Assembly (NCBI GenBank): GCA_036518615.1
Contig: DATDMU010000186.1
Location: 1-63,267, forward strand
Length of the DNA stretch: 63,267 bases
From: Myxococcales bacterium
GTDB lineage: Bacteria > Myxococcota > Myxococcia > Myxococcales > 40CM-4-68-19
Direction of reading: 5' to 3'
Position 1 is the first letter of the stretch. Each line of letters opens with the position of its first letter. Below, piece by piece: positions 17,299 to 25,494 of this stretch. The translations under genes and the position numbers were made by a program. A model generated the notes under the pieces. That model was not told the DNA's origin and searched no databases. It saw only the letters and a program-made list of their open reading frames with translations.

Positions 17299-18081
17299 TC
17301 AGACGCGGCGGACCAGCTCCATCACCACCTCGATGACGATGAGCACGCCGATGAAGAGCTCGAGCAGCCACATGCGGCGGTCCCGCGCCACGTCGAGGAC
17401 CAGCTCCAGCGCCTCCTGGATTCCGGCCAGCTTCTGCGTCAGCGTCGCATAGCGATCGCTGAGATCGAACTCCGCGCGCAGGTCGTCGTAGATCCGATCC
17501 ATCGCCGCGTCCTCCCAGGTGTCGTCGGGCTTGTCGAGCAGCGCCAGGACGGTGATCACTTCCGAGCGGGTGCCGACGGCCTCTCCGATGAAGCGGTGCA
17601 GCCGCCGGGTCCGGAAGGGGACGCTTCCGCGCCTCTCCAGCGGCTCCACCAGGCGGGCGGTCCGGTCGAACAGATCGGCGACGATGCGCTCGTAGTACTC
17701 CATCGCGGCGCTCTGCCCCACGATCAGGGCGACCACCGCGGCGCGGCCCGGACCGAGCGCGTCGACGACCAGCGCATCCTGCCGCAATTCGACTCCTGCC
17801 CCCGCCTCCTCGCGGACGGTGAACGTCTCGCGGACCACCTGCGTGGTCAGGGGCAGGATCGCCTTGAGCCGCGCCAGCTCCTTTTCGCGCAGCGGAGGCG
17901 CGACGTCGTGGAACACGACCGCGCCGAAGGGATAGAGGAACGCCTCTCCGCCTTCGCAAGGGACGCGAAGCTCGCGCGACGTCGCGCGCGCGCCCGGATA
18001 GTGCGGCACGAGATCGCGCAGGTTGAGGTTCTCCTCGAACGCGATGGCCGCGAACTGGTGGATCCTGTCGGTCACCGCCAC
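17299..18081 (-). CDS. RMD1 / DUF155 family protein
   Basis: 260-aa ORF with FLYPFGAVVFHDV, SAAMEYYERIV, ITVLALLDKPDDTWED, DDLRAEFDLSDRYATLTQKL and a C-terminal TM helix LLELFIGVLIVIEVVMEL. Confidence 0.7.
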   Translation of the reverse strand: MAVTDRIHQFAAIAFEENLNLRDLVPHYPGARATSRELRVPCEGGEAFLYPFGAVVFHDVAPPLREKELARLKAILPLTTQVVRETFTVREEAGAGVELRQDALVVDALGPGRAAVVALIVGQSAAMEYYERIVADLFDRTARLVEPLERRGSVPFRTRRLHRFIGEAVGTRSEVITVLALLDKPDDTWEDAAMDRIYDDLRAEFDLSDRYATLTQKLAGIQEALELVLDVARDRRMWLLELFIGVLIVIEVVMELVRRV

Positions 18082-18129
18082 AGACTACAGCGGACTGTCG
18101 CCCCGGCCCGGTGAGGGGCGCGCCCGGCG

Positions 18130-18420
18130 TCAGCTTTGCGCGACCGGCCCGGGAGCGGCCTTGGCGGGCTCCGCCGCCGGCTGCGGCTTCGCGGCGGGTG
18201 CCTTCTTCTCCTCGGCCAGCGTCGCCACGGCCTTGTTCACGCTGCGGATGGCGCCGTACACGCCGCCGATGATCTTCGCCTGCACCTCGCCCACCTTCTT
18301 CGTGAGCGCGAGGTTCGGCACGATCGACTCCACCACCTCGATCGGCTTGTGCGCGATCTCCTGGTGCACCTTCTCCACGCTGGTCGTGACCTTCTCGATG
18401 ACCTCGTTCAGCTTGCCCAT
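18130..18420 (-). CDS. Small Lys/Ala/Val-rich hypothetical protein (96 aa)
   Basis: ATG start with a coding-like Lys-containing helical sequence MGKLNEVIEKVTTSVEKVHQEIAHKPIEVV.. and an Ala/Pro-rich tail. No family recognised. Confidence 0.5.
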   Translation of the reverse strand: MGKLNEVIEKVTTSVEKVHQEIAHKPIEVVESIVPNLALTKKVGEVQAKIIGGVYGAIRSVNKAVATLAEEKKAPAAKPQPAAEPAKAAPGPVAQS

Positions 18421-18650
18421 CGCTCCTCCTTCCGGAGCCGCGACGCGACCATAACCACGCCGCGGTGGCGTGCCCGGGAACGACGGGGTGTGCGGCCAAC
18501 TGACACGCCGCGCATCCTGCGCGAAAAATTCGTGCTCCCGATCCGCGCTGCCGTCACGCGGGGAATACCCTCCCGCCGCCGCGGGTCAGTAACCGGGCGG
18601 GCGCGTGCCGGGCGCCCGTGCTACCTCCACGCACCGGCGAGCGAGGCGCC

Positions 18651-19070
18651 ATGGACGTCAAGAACAGCAACGAGAAGAGCGTCACCACCGCGGAGTCCAC
18701 GGCGCAGTCCCAGGCGACGGGCGCATCCAGCGACCTGCTGCTCGGCCGCGGCGTCCGCTTCGAGGGCAAGCTGACCTTCGCGGGCACCGTGCGCATCGAC
18801 GCGAGCTTCGTCGGCACCATCGTCACCGACGACGTCCTCGTCGTCGGCGAGGGCGCCCGCATCGACGCGAAGATCACCTGCGGCACCATCGTGGTGCATG
18901 GCGAGGTGAACGGGAACGTCCAGGCGAAGCGCGGGGTCGAGATCCACGCCGGCGCCAGGGTCCGCGGCGATCTGGAGACGGCGTCGCTGGCGATCGAGAA
19001 GGGCGCGTTCTTCCAGGGCGCCTCGAGGATGGAACCGGCGGCGGCCGCCCGGGCAAAGGCCGCGGCGTAG
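18651..19070 (+). CDS. Bactofilin family cytoskeletal protein
   Basis: ATG 18651. Beta-helical repeat core LLLGRGVRFEGKLTFAGTVRIDASFVGTIVTDDVLVVGEGARIDAKITCGTIVVHGEVNGNVQAKRGVEIHAGARVRGDLETASLAIEKGAFFQG. Confidence 0.85.
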   Translation: MDVKNSNEKSVTTAESTAQSQATGASSDLLLGRGVRFEGKLTFAGTVRIDASFVGTIVTDDVLVVGEGARIDAKITCGTIVVHGEVNGNVQAKRGVEIHAGARVRGDLETASLAIEKGAFFQGASRMEPAAAARAKAAA

Positions 19071-19077
19071 CGGATCC

Positions 19078-21327
19078 CTAGCGGGGCGCGGGAGCTTCGA
19101 GGGCGTAGCTCAGGCTGGCGAAGATCTGCAGGGGCCGGCCCGGAGTGAGGAATTGCTCCACCGGAGCTCCGGGTCGCCTCGGATTGGGCGCGAAGGTGCC
19201 GAAGGTGCTGTAGCGCGCATCGAGAAGGTTGCCGAGCTGGATCGACGCGGCCAGCTGGCCCGCCGAAAGGCGGACGCCGCCGTCGGTCGAGAGCCAGGCA
19301 GCGAGCATGGGAGCGACGTTCTCCTCGTCGCCGCGCAGGCGCTGCGCCCCCACGAAGGTGCCGGCCAGCCAGAGCGAGAGCCAGCTGCTCGGCTGCAGCT
19401 CGATGCCGAGACGCGCGCGATGCCGCGGCACCAGCGGGAACTGGCTGCCTGCGCGGACCGTCTCGGTGCAGGACAGGGCGCCGCAATCGGAGGTCCGCCG
19501 CGCGGTGGCGAGCGACACGTCCTCTTCGAAGCGCGCGTCGGTGAGCGCCCAGGTGAGGCTGCCCTCGATCCACCGGGCAGGCCGGAGGCGGAGGTTCGCT
19601 TCCACGCCTTGCCGACGCGTCCTGCCGATGTTCTGGAAATACACCCCGACGGTCCCCGCCGGCGAGATGGAGAAGATGTCGTCCGCGACGTCGGTCCGGT
19701 ACGCGCTGATCTGCCCGGAGAGCCATGGCGCAGGCGCCGAGCGCAACCCGATCTCGTAGTTGACCGCGCGCACCGGCTTCAGGGGCGGGTCCGGAGCGGT
19801 GCCCGCCTGCAGGCCCGGGCAGATGGCGGCGGCGCCCGCGCAGGTCAGCTCCAGGAGGGCGGGCGCGCGGAACCCCTGCGAGAGGGAGAGGTAGACGCCG
19901 TGCTCGCGCGAAAGGTTGTAGTTCAGGCCGACCAGCGGGTCGAAGCGGCGGAACGCGGGAACACCGCTTGCGTTCTCCCGTCCGGGCGCGCTCGGGCTCT
20001 CGTCGGCGATGCGGTGGCGGATGAAGTCCCAGCGGCCCGCGGCGGTGACCACCCATTCGTCGTCTTCGCGAAGCGTGCCGCGGGCGATCCGGAAGGTGTC
20101 TTGCAGGTAGGCGCCCACCGCATCCTGGAGATCGCGCACCTTCGTGTCCAGATCCTGCGCGCCGAACACGCTCACCTCGACGTCGCTGTGCGCGTATTCG
20201 AGGCCGGCGGTGAGCAGGTTCCGCCGTCCGAAGAACGGCGCGGTGCAGTCGAGCTGGACCGTCCCTCCCGCCGAGGCGGTGCGCGAAAGGAGCCTGGTGT
20301 TCTCCGCGATCAGGTTCACGTTGAATTGCTCGACGTGCAGCAGCCGCCCGAACCCGTTCGCGGAGAGGGCGAAGCGGTCTCCCAGATCCCGCCGGAAGTT
20401 CAGCGTCGCCTGGTCCAGGCGCGGAGCGAAGAAGTCGCCCGCGGTGAAGTTCGCCGCGCGGTCGCGGTCCAGCTCCGAGGCAGGCAGCGGACCCGCCTGC
20501 GAGATCCGGTTGTCCACGTGCTGGTAGGAGAGGGTGACGTCGGTGCCGTCCGCCCGCAGGCCGAGCTTTCCGAACGCCTTGGAGAGCCGCGCTCCCGACG
20601 CTTGCCTCCAGCCGTCCTCCGCCGTCTGCGTCCCGGAGAGGTAGAAGTCGAGCGGGCCCTCCCCCCCGGAGACCGCCCCGCGAATCTTCCGCAGCCCTGA
20701 GCTCCCCGCGGAGAGCTCCGCGGACGCGGCGGCACCCTCCTTGCCGCGACGGGTGACGAGCTGGATGGCCCCTGCGAGCGTGTTCCTTCCGAACAGCACC
20801 GAGGGGCCCGGGACCACCTCGATCCGCTCGAGGTCCTCGACGGGAAGGAGATCGAAGTTGATCTCCTCGGCGGTGGGCTCGTTGACGCGGACTCCGTCGA
20901 GAAACACGCTCACGCCCTGCGGGACGCCGGTGACCGAGGTGGCCTGGAACCCGCGCAGCGAGACGTCCGGCTGGTACGAATTCCCCTGCTCGTCGGAAAG
21001 CGACAGCCCCGGCACCTGGCCGGCGATCACCTCGGGCAGGCCCTGAGGTCCGGGCCGCTTCAGCTCCTTCAGCTCGAACACCTGCGCGGCGGCGGGCACG
21101 CTGGAGGGCGGAAGCGGCAGCCGGGGCAGCCGCCCGATGACGATGATCTCCTCCGACGCCTCCTTCGGCTTCGTTCCCTCCTGCGCCGGATCCTGCGGCG
21201 CGGGCGGATCCGGCTGGGCGGCCGGCGGCCGATCTCCGCCGCCCTGCTCCGCGCGGCCGCCGCGAGGCGCGGCCGCGATCAGCAGGCAGGCGGCGATATG
21301 GCGCAATGCCCGCGCTTGCGGTTTCAT
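19078..21327 (-). CDS. TonB-dependent outer-membrane receptor
   Basis: Signal peptide. Plug motifs EEIIVIG, VPGLSLSDEQGNSYQPDVSLRGF, VFLDGVRVNEP, IEVVPGPSVLFGRNTLAGAI. Then a ~550-aa barrel region. Confidence 0.88.
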   Translation of the reverse strand: MKPQARALRHIAACLLIAAAPRGGRAEQGGGDRPPAAQPDPPAPQDPAQEGTKPKEASEEIIVIGRLPRLPLPPSSVPAAAQVFELKELKRPGPQGLPEVIAGQVPGLSLSDEQGNSYQPDVSLRGFQATSVTGVPQGVSVFLDGVRVNEPTAEEINFDLLPVEDLERIEVVPGPSVLFGRNTLAGAIQLVTRRGKEGAAASAELSAGSSGLRKIRGAVSGGEGPLDFYLSGTQTAEDGWRQASGARLSKAFGKLGLRADGTDVTLSYQHVDNRISQAGPLPASELDRDRAANFTAGDFFAPRLDQATLNFRRDLGDRFALSANGFGRLLHVEQFNVNLIAENTRLLSRTASAGGTVQLDCTAPFFGRRNLLTAGLEYAHSDVEVSVFGAQDLDTKVRDLQDAVGAYLQDTFRIARGTLREDDEWVVTAAGRWDFIRHRIADESPSAPGRENASGVPAFRRFDPLVGLNYNLSREHGVYLSLSQGFRAPALLELTCAGAAAICPGLQAGTAPDPPLKPVRAVNYEIGLRSAPAPWLSGQISAYRTDVADDIFSISPAGTVGVYFQNIGRTRRQGVEANLRLRPARWIEGSLTWALTDARFEEDVSLATARRTSDCGALSCTETVRAGSQFPLVPRHRARLGIELQPSSWLSLWLAGTFVGAQRLRGDEENVAPMLAAWLSTDGGVRLSAGQLAASIQLGNLLDARYSTFGTFAPNPRRPGAPVEQFLTPGRPLQIFASLSYALEAPAPR

Positions 21328-21412
21328 TCATCCAGGCCTCGCCGCGACCTTACCAGAAGGCCGCCTGCGGGCTGAACGCGGACCCCGCCGGGCGCGGATC
21401 CGCAAGGCCGCG

Positions 21413-21814
21413 TCAGTTGGCCGAGCGGGCCGTGGACGGGGGCAGGCAGACGATCTGGCCGCGATCCGGGCTCGGCTCCCAGGCCATTCCCTGCGCCCGG
21501 CACTTGTGCACGCTGGCGACGCCGTCGTTCCAGCGCGACCGCGAGTAGTTCAGCTTTTCGGCCGTGTCGGGAAACGCGAAGGTGTACTGGAAGGCGTTGG
21601 GCGCCCAGCAGCGGCAGAGATCGCCCTTCGCCGAGACTTCCACGTACGTCGCCTCAGTGCACGCCTGCAGGCAGCCGGCCGCGACGTGGGCCTGCGCCAC
21701 CGTTCCTGGCGCGCGCGATTGCTGGACCTCGGCGGCTGGATGCGCGCACCCGATGGCGGCGAGGGCGAGCGACGCAAGCGCCACGCGGACGCGGAACGGA
21801 TTCGACGACGGCAT
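21413..21814 (-). CDS. Small Cys-rich lipoprotein
   Basis: ATG 21814 is preceded by GAGGAGGG. Lipobox LALAAIGC. Six further Cys. Confidence 0.55.
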   Translation of the reverse strand: MPSSNPFRVRVALASLALAAIGCAHPAAEVQQSRAPGTVAQAHVAAGCLQACTEATYVEVSAKGDLCRCWAPNAFQYTFAFPDTAEKLNYSRSRWNDGVASVHKCRAQGMAWEPSPDRGQIVCLPPSTARSAN

Positions 21815-21962
21815 GGATTCCCTCCTCGGCAAGAGGAGAAGATGGGCACGCCGTTCGCGCGCGACACCTCCCCGTGCAGCCCGTGGACGAGCGCCGCCGG
21901 TACGAGCCGCAAGGTACGAGACGTACGCAGGCTCACGCGGCCACCTGCACGGCCGCGGCACA

Positions 21963-23198
21963 TCAATCGCCCGGGCTCATCCGATCGAGATTCTTCGCCT
22001 GCTCGCTTCCGCGCAACCGGGAACGCCCGCGGACGGAGCGCAGGGTCGCGTCGAGGAAGTCGGCCCCCGCCACGTCTGCTCCCTCGAGGTTCGCGCCCGA
22101 CAGATCCGCCCGGGCAAAGTTCACCTTCCTCAGATTCGCGCCGCCGAGATCGGCCCCGGCGAGGCTCGCGCCGCTCAAATCGGTGCGCATCAGCCCCATC
22201 GGCTGGTTGCCCGGGTGCGCCCCGAGGTCCGCGTGGACGAGCTTCGCCCCCTTCAGATTTGCGCCTGTCATCGTCGAGATGATCCGCGCGCGGGTCAGGT
22301 CCGCGTCCACCAGCACGGCTCCGGTGAGGATCGTGGCGTAGAGGCTCGCCTCGTGCAGGTCCGCGCCGGTCAGATCCGCGCGCTCGAGCACCGCGAGATC
22401 GAGCACGGCGCCGGCCAGGACCGCCCCGCTGGCCACTGCATCGGTCAGCTTCGCGCCGAACAGCCGCGCCCGGCTCAGGTTCGCGCCGGCCAGACGGCTG
22501 CCGGAGAGATCCGCACGCCGGAAGTCCGTCCCCTCGAAGTTCAATCCCGACAGGTCGAGGCCCGCCAGATTCGCCGGAGCCTGTTCGCTGGCGGCGCCGA
22601 GCAGCGCGAGAACCTCATCGCGCGTCGGCTTCCGTCGCTCCCGCCCGGGCGCGAGCTGCGGCGCAGGCGAGGCGGTGTCCGCCGCCGCGAGCCGGCGTGC
22701 CATCGAAGACATCGCGTGCGGCAGCAGTTGCGCGATGTCTCCTTTCAGCTCGAGTTGCTCGCGCCGCAGCACGCGGTTGGCGCTGGCGTCGACCAGCGTC
22801 GCATCCAGGAACCAGATGATGCTGCTCACCTTGGTCACGCTTGCGAAAGCGGCGCGCTCCGCGCGCACCATCCTCGCCAGCCGTGTCGCGCACTCCGCTC
22901 CGGCGCAGGAGGCCGCTGGACCTTGCGGGCCGCCGATGCCGCCGTCCGACGCCGGCCCGTCGATCACCGTGTACCCCTGACCTTCGAGCGACGAGGCGAG
23001 CCATCCTCGCGGCGTCTTCCCGCCGGCGGAGAGCGATTTCCGAACCGCCTCGACGTCGGAGATGGGGCTGACGTCCGCGATCGCGACGTCGAGAAGGACC
23101 ACCGGCCCGCGCGAACCGGCCAGGCAGGGCAGCGCGATCAGGAGCGCGCACGCCGCCCCTCGCGCCGGCGGCAGATCCAGACGCCCCTCGGACCTCAT
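21963..23198 (-). CDS. Pentapeptide-repeat protein with N-terminal signal peptide and non-repeat domain
   Basis: C-terminal ~200 aa of A(D/N)LSG-type pentapeptides (LAGLDLSGLNFEGTDFRRADLSGSRLAGANLSRARLFGAKL...ADLGGANLRKVNFARADLSGANLEGADVAGADF). The N-terminal ~170 aa is a separate globular domain behind a signal sequence. Confidence 0.8.
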   Translation of the reverse strand: MRSEGRLDLPPARGAACALLIALPCLAGSRGPVVLLDVAIADVSPISDVEAVRKSLSAGGKTPRGWLASSLEGQGYTVIDGPASDGGIGGPQGPAASCAGAECATRLARMVRAERAAFASVTKVSSIIWFLDATLVDASANRVLRREQLELKGDIAQLLPHAMSSMARRLAAADTASPAPQLAPGRERRKPTRDEVLALLGAASEQAPANLAGLDLSGLNFEGTDFRRADLSGSRLAGANLSRARLFGAKLTDAVASGAVLAGAVLDLAVLERADLTGADLHEASLYATILTGAVLVDADLTRARIISTMTGANLKGAKLVHADLGAHPGNQPMGLMRTDLSGASLAGADLGGANLRKVNFARADLSGANLEGADVAGADFLDATLRSVRGRSRLRGSEQAKNLDRMSPGD

Positions 23199-23595
23199 CC
23201 GGAGGGCCTACCACGGCGCCCTCGCGCGCGCGAGGCGTGCACCGCGGCATCCCGGCGGGGAGCGGGTTGGCCCATCTTTCAATCGCGAGAGATGCACCGC
23301 CAGAGGCGAGCTTTTCCGAGGGAGCCGTAGCGGGTGCGTCATGCCTTTTTATACTTTCACTGGATATGCGCACGCCGCGCGGTGCGACCGATTGACACGC
23401 GCGGTCTTGACCCGGGGATCCCTTCCGCGCCTAAACCGATTCCCATCGACGGGCGGTTCCCAGTCGGTCGTCATCCCGGTAGCACTGCAATCTTCGACAC
23501 GGCCGCTGCGCGTACGACTTCGAGCTACCCGGGGCCGCCCCTCCGGATTCGGGGAAGCAGTCGCAGCGAACGAACAAGCGAACACGGAGATGACA

Positions 23596-25389
23596 ATGAA
23601 ATTCATGCGCGGTTGGCGAGCGTGCGCGTCCCTCGTCGCTCTCGTCGTTGGCCTCGCCTCTGGCTCGGCTGCCGATTCGAAGGGCGAGTGGACCATGACC
23701 GGTCGCACCTACGATCTGCAGCGGTTCAGCCCGCTCGACCAGCTCAAGCCGGCGAACGTCGGCAGGCTGGTGCCCACCTGGACCTTCTCCACCGGAGCGC
23801 TCCGCGGGCACGAGGGGAATCCGCTGGTGATCGGCAACGTGATGTATCTCCATTCGGCATTCCCCAACACGGTGTATGCCCTCGACCTCGCCCGCCCGGG
23901 CGCGCCGATGCTGTGGAGGCACGTCCCGGCGCAGCCGGCGGACACCATCCCGATCGCGTGCTGCGACGTGGTGAACCGCGGCCTCGCCTATCACCCGAGC
24001 GGCAAGCTCTTCATCGAGCTGCTCGCCGGCGATCTGCTCGCCCTCGACGCCAAGACCGGCAAGCAGCTCTGGCGGGTGAAGAACGCCGACTACAAGGAAG
24101 GCTCCACCATGACCAACGCGCCCATCGTGATCAAGGACACGGTGATCGCGGGGATCTCCGGCGGCGAGTTCGGCGTCCGCGGCCGGGTGACGGCGTACGA
24201 CGTCAACAGCGGCCAGGAGAAGTGGCGCGCCTACAGCACCGGCCCCGACGCGGAGGTCAAGATCGGGTCGGACTTCATCGCCAACTACCCGTCGCACAAG
24301 GGCGCCGACCTGGGCGTCAGCACCTGGCAGGGCGACCAGTGGAAGCGCGGCGGCGGGACGACCTGGGGCTGGTACTCCTACGATCCCGAGCTGAACCTCT
24401 TCTATTACGGCACCGGCAATCCCGGCACCTGGAACCCCGACCAGCGCCCCGGCGACAACAAGTGGTCGATGACCATCTTCGCCCGCAATCCGGACACGGG
24501 GATGGCGCGCTGGGCCTATCAGATGACGCCGCACGACGAATGGGACTACGACGGCGTCAACGAGATGATCCTCGCCGACCTCAACGTCAACGGAAAGAAG
24601 ACCAAGGCGCTGGTGCACTTCGACCGCAACGGGTTCGGCTACACCCTCGACCGCGCCACCGGGAAGGTGCTGGTGGCGGAGCATTTCGGTCCCGGCGTGA
24701 ACTGGGCATCCAAGGTCGATTTGAATACCGGCGTTCCCGTGCGCAATCCGAAGTACGGCACGACGTCGAAGGAGAACACCACCGGCATCTGCCCGGCGGC
24801 CATCGGCTACAAGGACCAGCAGCCGGCTGCGTTCTCGCCGAAGACCGGGTTCTTCTACGTTCCGGCGAACAACATCTGCATGGACTACGAAGGAGTCGAG
24901 GTCAAGTACGCTGCCGGCCAGCCCTACGTCGGCGCCATCGTCCGCATGTTCCCGGGTCCGGGCGGCAACCGCGGCCGGTTCTTCGCCTGGGACGCCACCA
25001 AGGGCAAGGTGGTGTGGGAGATCAAGGAGGACCTCGCCGCGTACGGCGGCGCCCTCGCCACCGCGGGCGGACTGGTCTTCTACGGCACCATGGAAGGATG
25101 GCTGAAGGCAGTCGACGCCAAGACCGGCAAGGAGCTGTGGAGGTTCAAGACTCCCTCCGGGATCATCGGCAATCCGATGACCTACCTGGGCCCGAACGGC
25201 AAGCAGTACGTCGCGGTCCTCTCCGGCATCGGCGGCTGGGCCGGCATCGGCGTCGCCGCGGGCATCAGCAACGAGGACCCCACCGCGGGTCTCGGCGCGC
25301 TGGGAGCGTTCGGCGACGCGGACAAGTTCAGCACGCAGGGCGGAGTGCTGACGGTGTTCGGCCTGCCGGAGGGACTCGCCTCCCGCTGA
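23596..25389 (+). CDS. xoxF: PQQ-dependent methanol/ethanol dehydrogenase, lanthanide (XoxF) type
   Basis: Signal peptide MKFMRGWRACASLVALVVGLASGSA. Vicinal Cys pair IACCDVVNRG. Propeller motifs throughout. TPHDEWDYDGVNE carries the extra Asp (DYDG) that distinguishes XoxF from Ca-MxaF (DYAG). No MxaI-like small subunit is adjacent. GGAG at 23586-23589 favours ATG 23596 over ATG 23590. Confidence 0.9.
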   Translation: MKFMRGWRACASLVALVVGLASGSAADSKGEWTMTGRTYDLQRFSPLDQLKPANVGRLVPTWTFSTGALRGHEGNPLVIGNVMYLHSAFPNTVYALDLARPGAPMLWRHVPAQPADTIPIACCDVVNRGLAYHPSGKLFIELLAGDLLALDAKTGKQLWRVKNADYKEGSTMTNAPIVIKDTVIAGISGGEFGVRGRVTAYDVNSGQEKWRAYSTGPDAEVKIGSDFIANYPSHKGADLGVSTWQGDQWKRGGGTTWGWYSYDPELNLFYYGTGNPGTWNPDQRPGDNKWSMTIFARNPDTGMARWAYQMTPHDEWDYDGVNEMILADLNVNGKKTKALVHFDRNGFGYTLDRATGKVLVAEHFGPGVNWASKVDLNTGVPVRNPKYGTTSKENTTGICPAAIGYKDQQPAAFSPKTGFFYVPANNICMDYEGVEVKYAAGQPYVGAIVRMFPGPGGNRGRFFAWDATKGKVVWEIKEDLAAYGGALATAGGLVFYGTMEGWLKAVDAKTGKELWRFKTPSGIIGNPMTYLGPNGKQYVAVLSGIGGWAGIGVAAGISNEDPTAGLGALGAFGDADKFSTQGGVLTVFGLPEGLASR

Positions 25390-25423
25390 CGGCGCGCAGG
25401 AAGACGAACGAGCCGGCGCCGTC
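25388..25423 (+). terminator. Stem-loop overlapping the xoxF stop codon (intercistronic hairpin / partial terminator candidate)
   Basis: GACGGCGC (25388-25395) pairs with GCGCCGTC (25416-25423) around a 20-nt loop. No U-tract. Confidence 0.3.
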
Positions 25424-25494
25424 CCGATGGGCGGCGCCGGCCGCGCAGCGATGTTTCCGCGCAGCGGTCTGACCCGTCGTCGGAGGGAGACACC

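Noticed and set aside
18554-21331. 925-aa minus-strand ORF overlapping the TonB-dependent receptor
   Set aside because: It is out of frame relative to 19078..21327, which carries the plug and barrel motifs. It also runs antisense through the bactofilin gene.
21963-23198. Pentapeptide-repeat protein as a Qnr/MfpA-like quinolone-resistance factor
   Set aside because: It carries a signal sequence and an unrelated N-terminal domain and is about twice the size of Qnr-type proteins. Nothing supports a resistance call.
23392-23437. Sigma-70-like hexamers upstream of xoxF (TTGACA 23392-23397, TTGACC 23407-23412, TAAACC 23432-23437) and an AT-rich TATACT at 23350-23355
   Set aside because: Spacing is only approximately right for one combination. 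Promoter calling by eye in an unknown lineage is unreliable, so this is not reported as a feature.
25387-25494. xoxF and the xoxJ fusion share one reading frame separated by a single TGA; stop-codon readthrough or a second selenocysteine was considered
   Set aside because: The intervening 35 codons are Arg/Ser/Pro-rich linker-like junk followed by a signal peptide, which makes no sense inside a fusion. The TGA is not at a known Sec position. The hairpin here (25388-25423) starts inside the stop codon and lacks the SECIS-type spacing and loop. Separate initiation at the SD-preceded ATT/CTG is the simpler reading.
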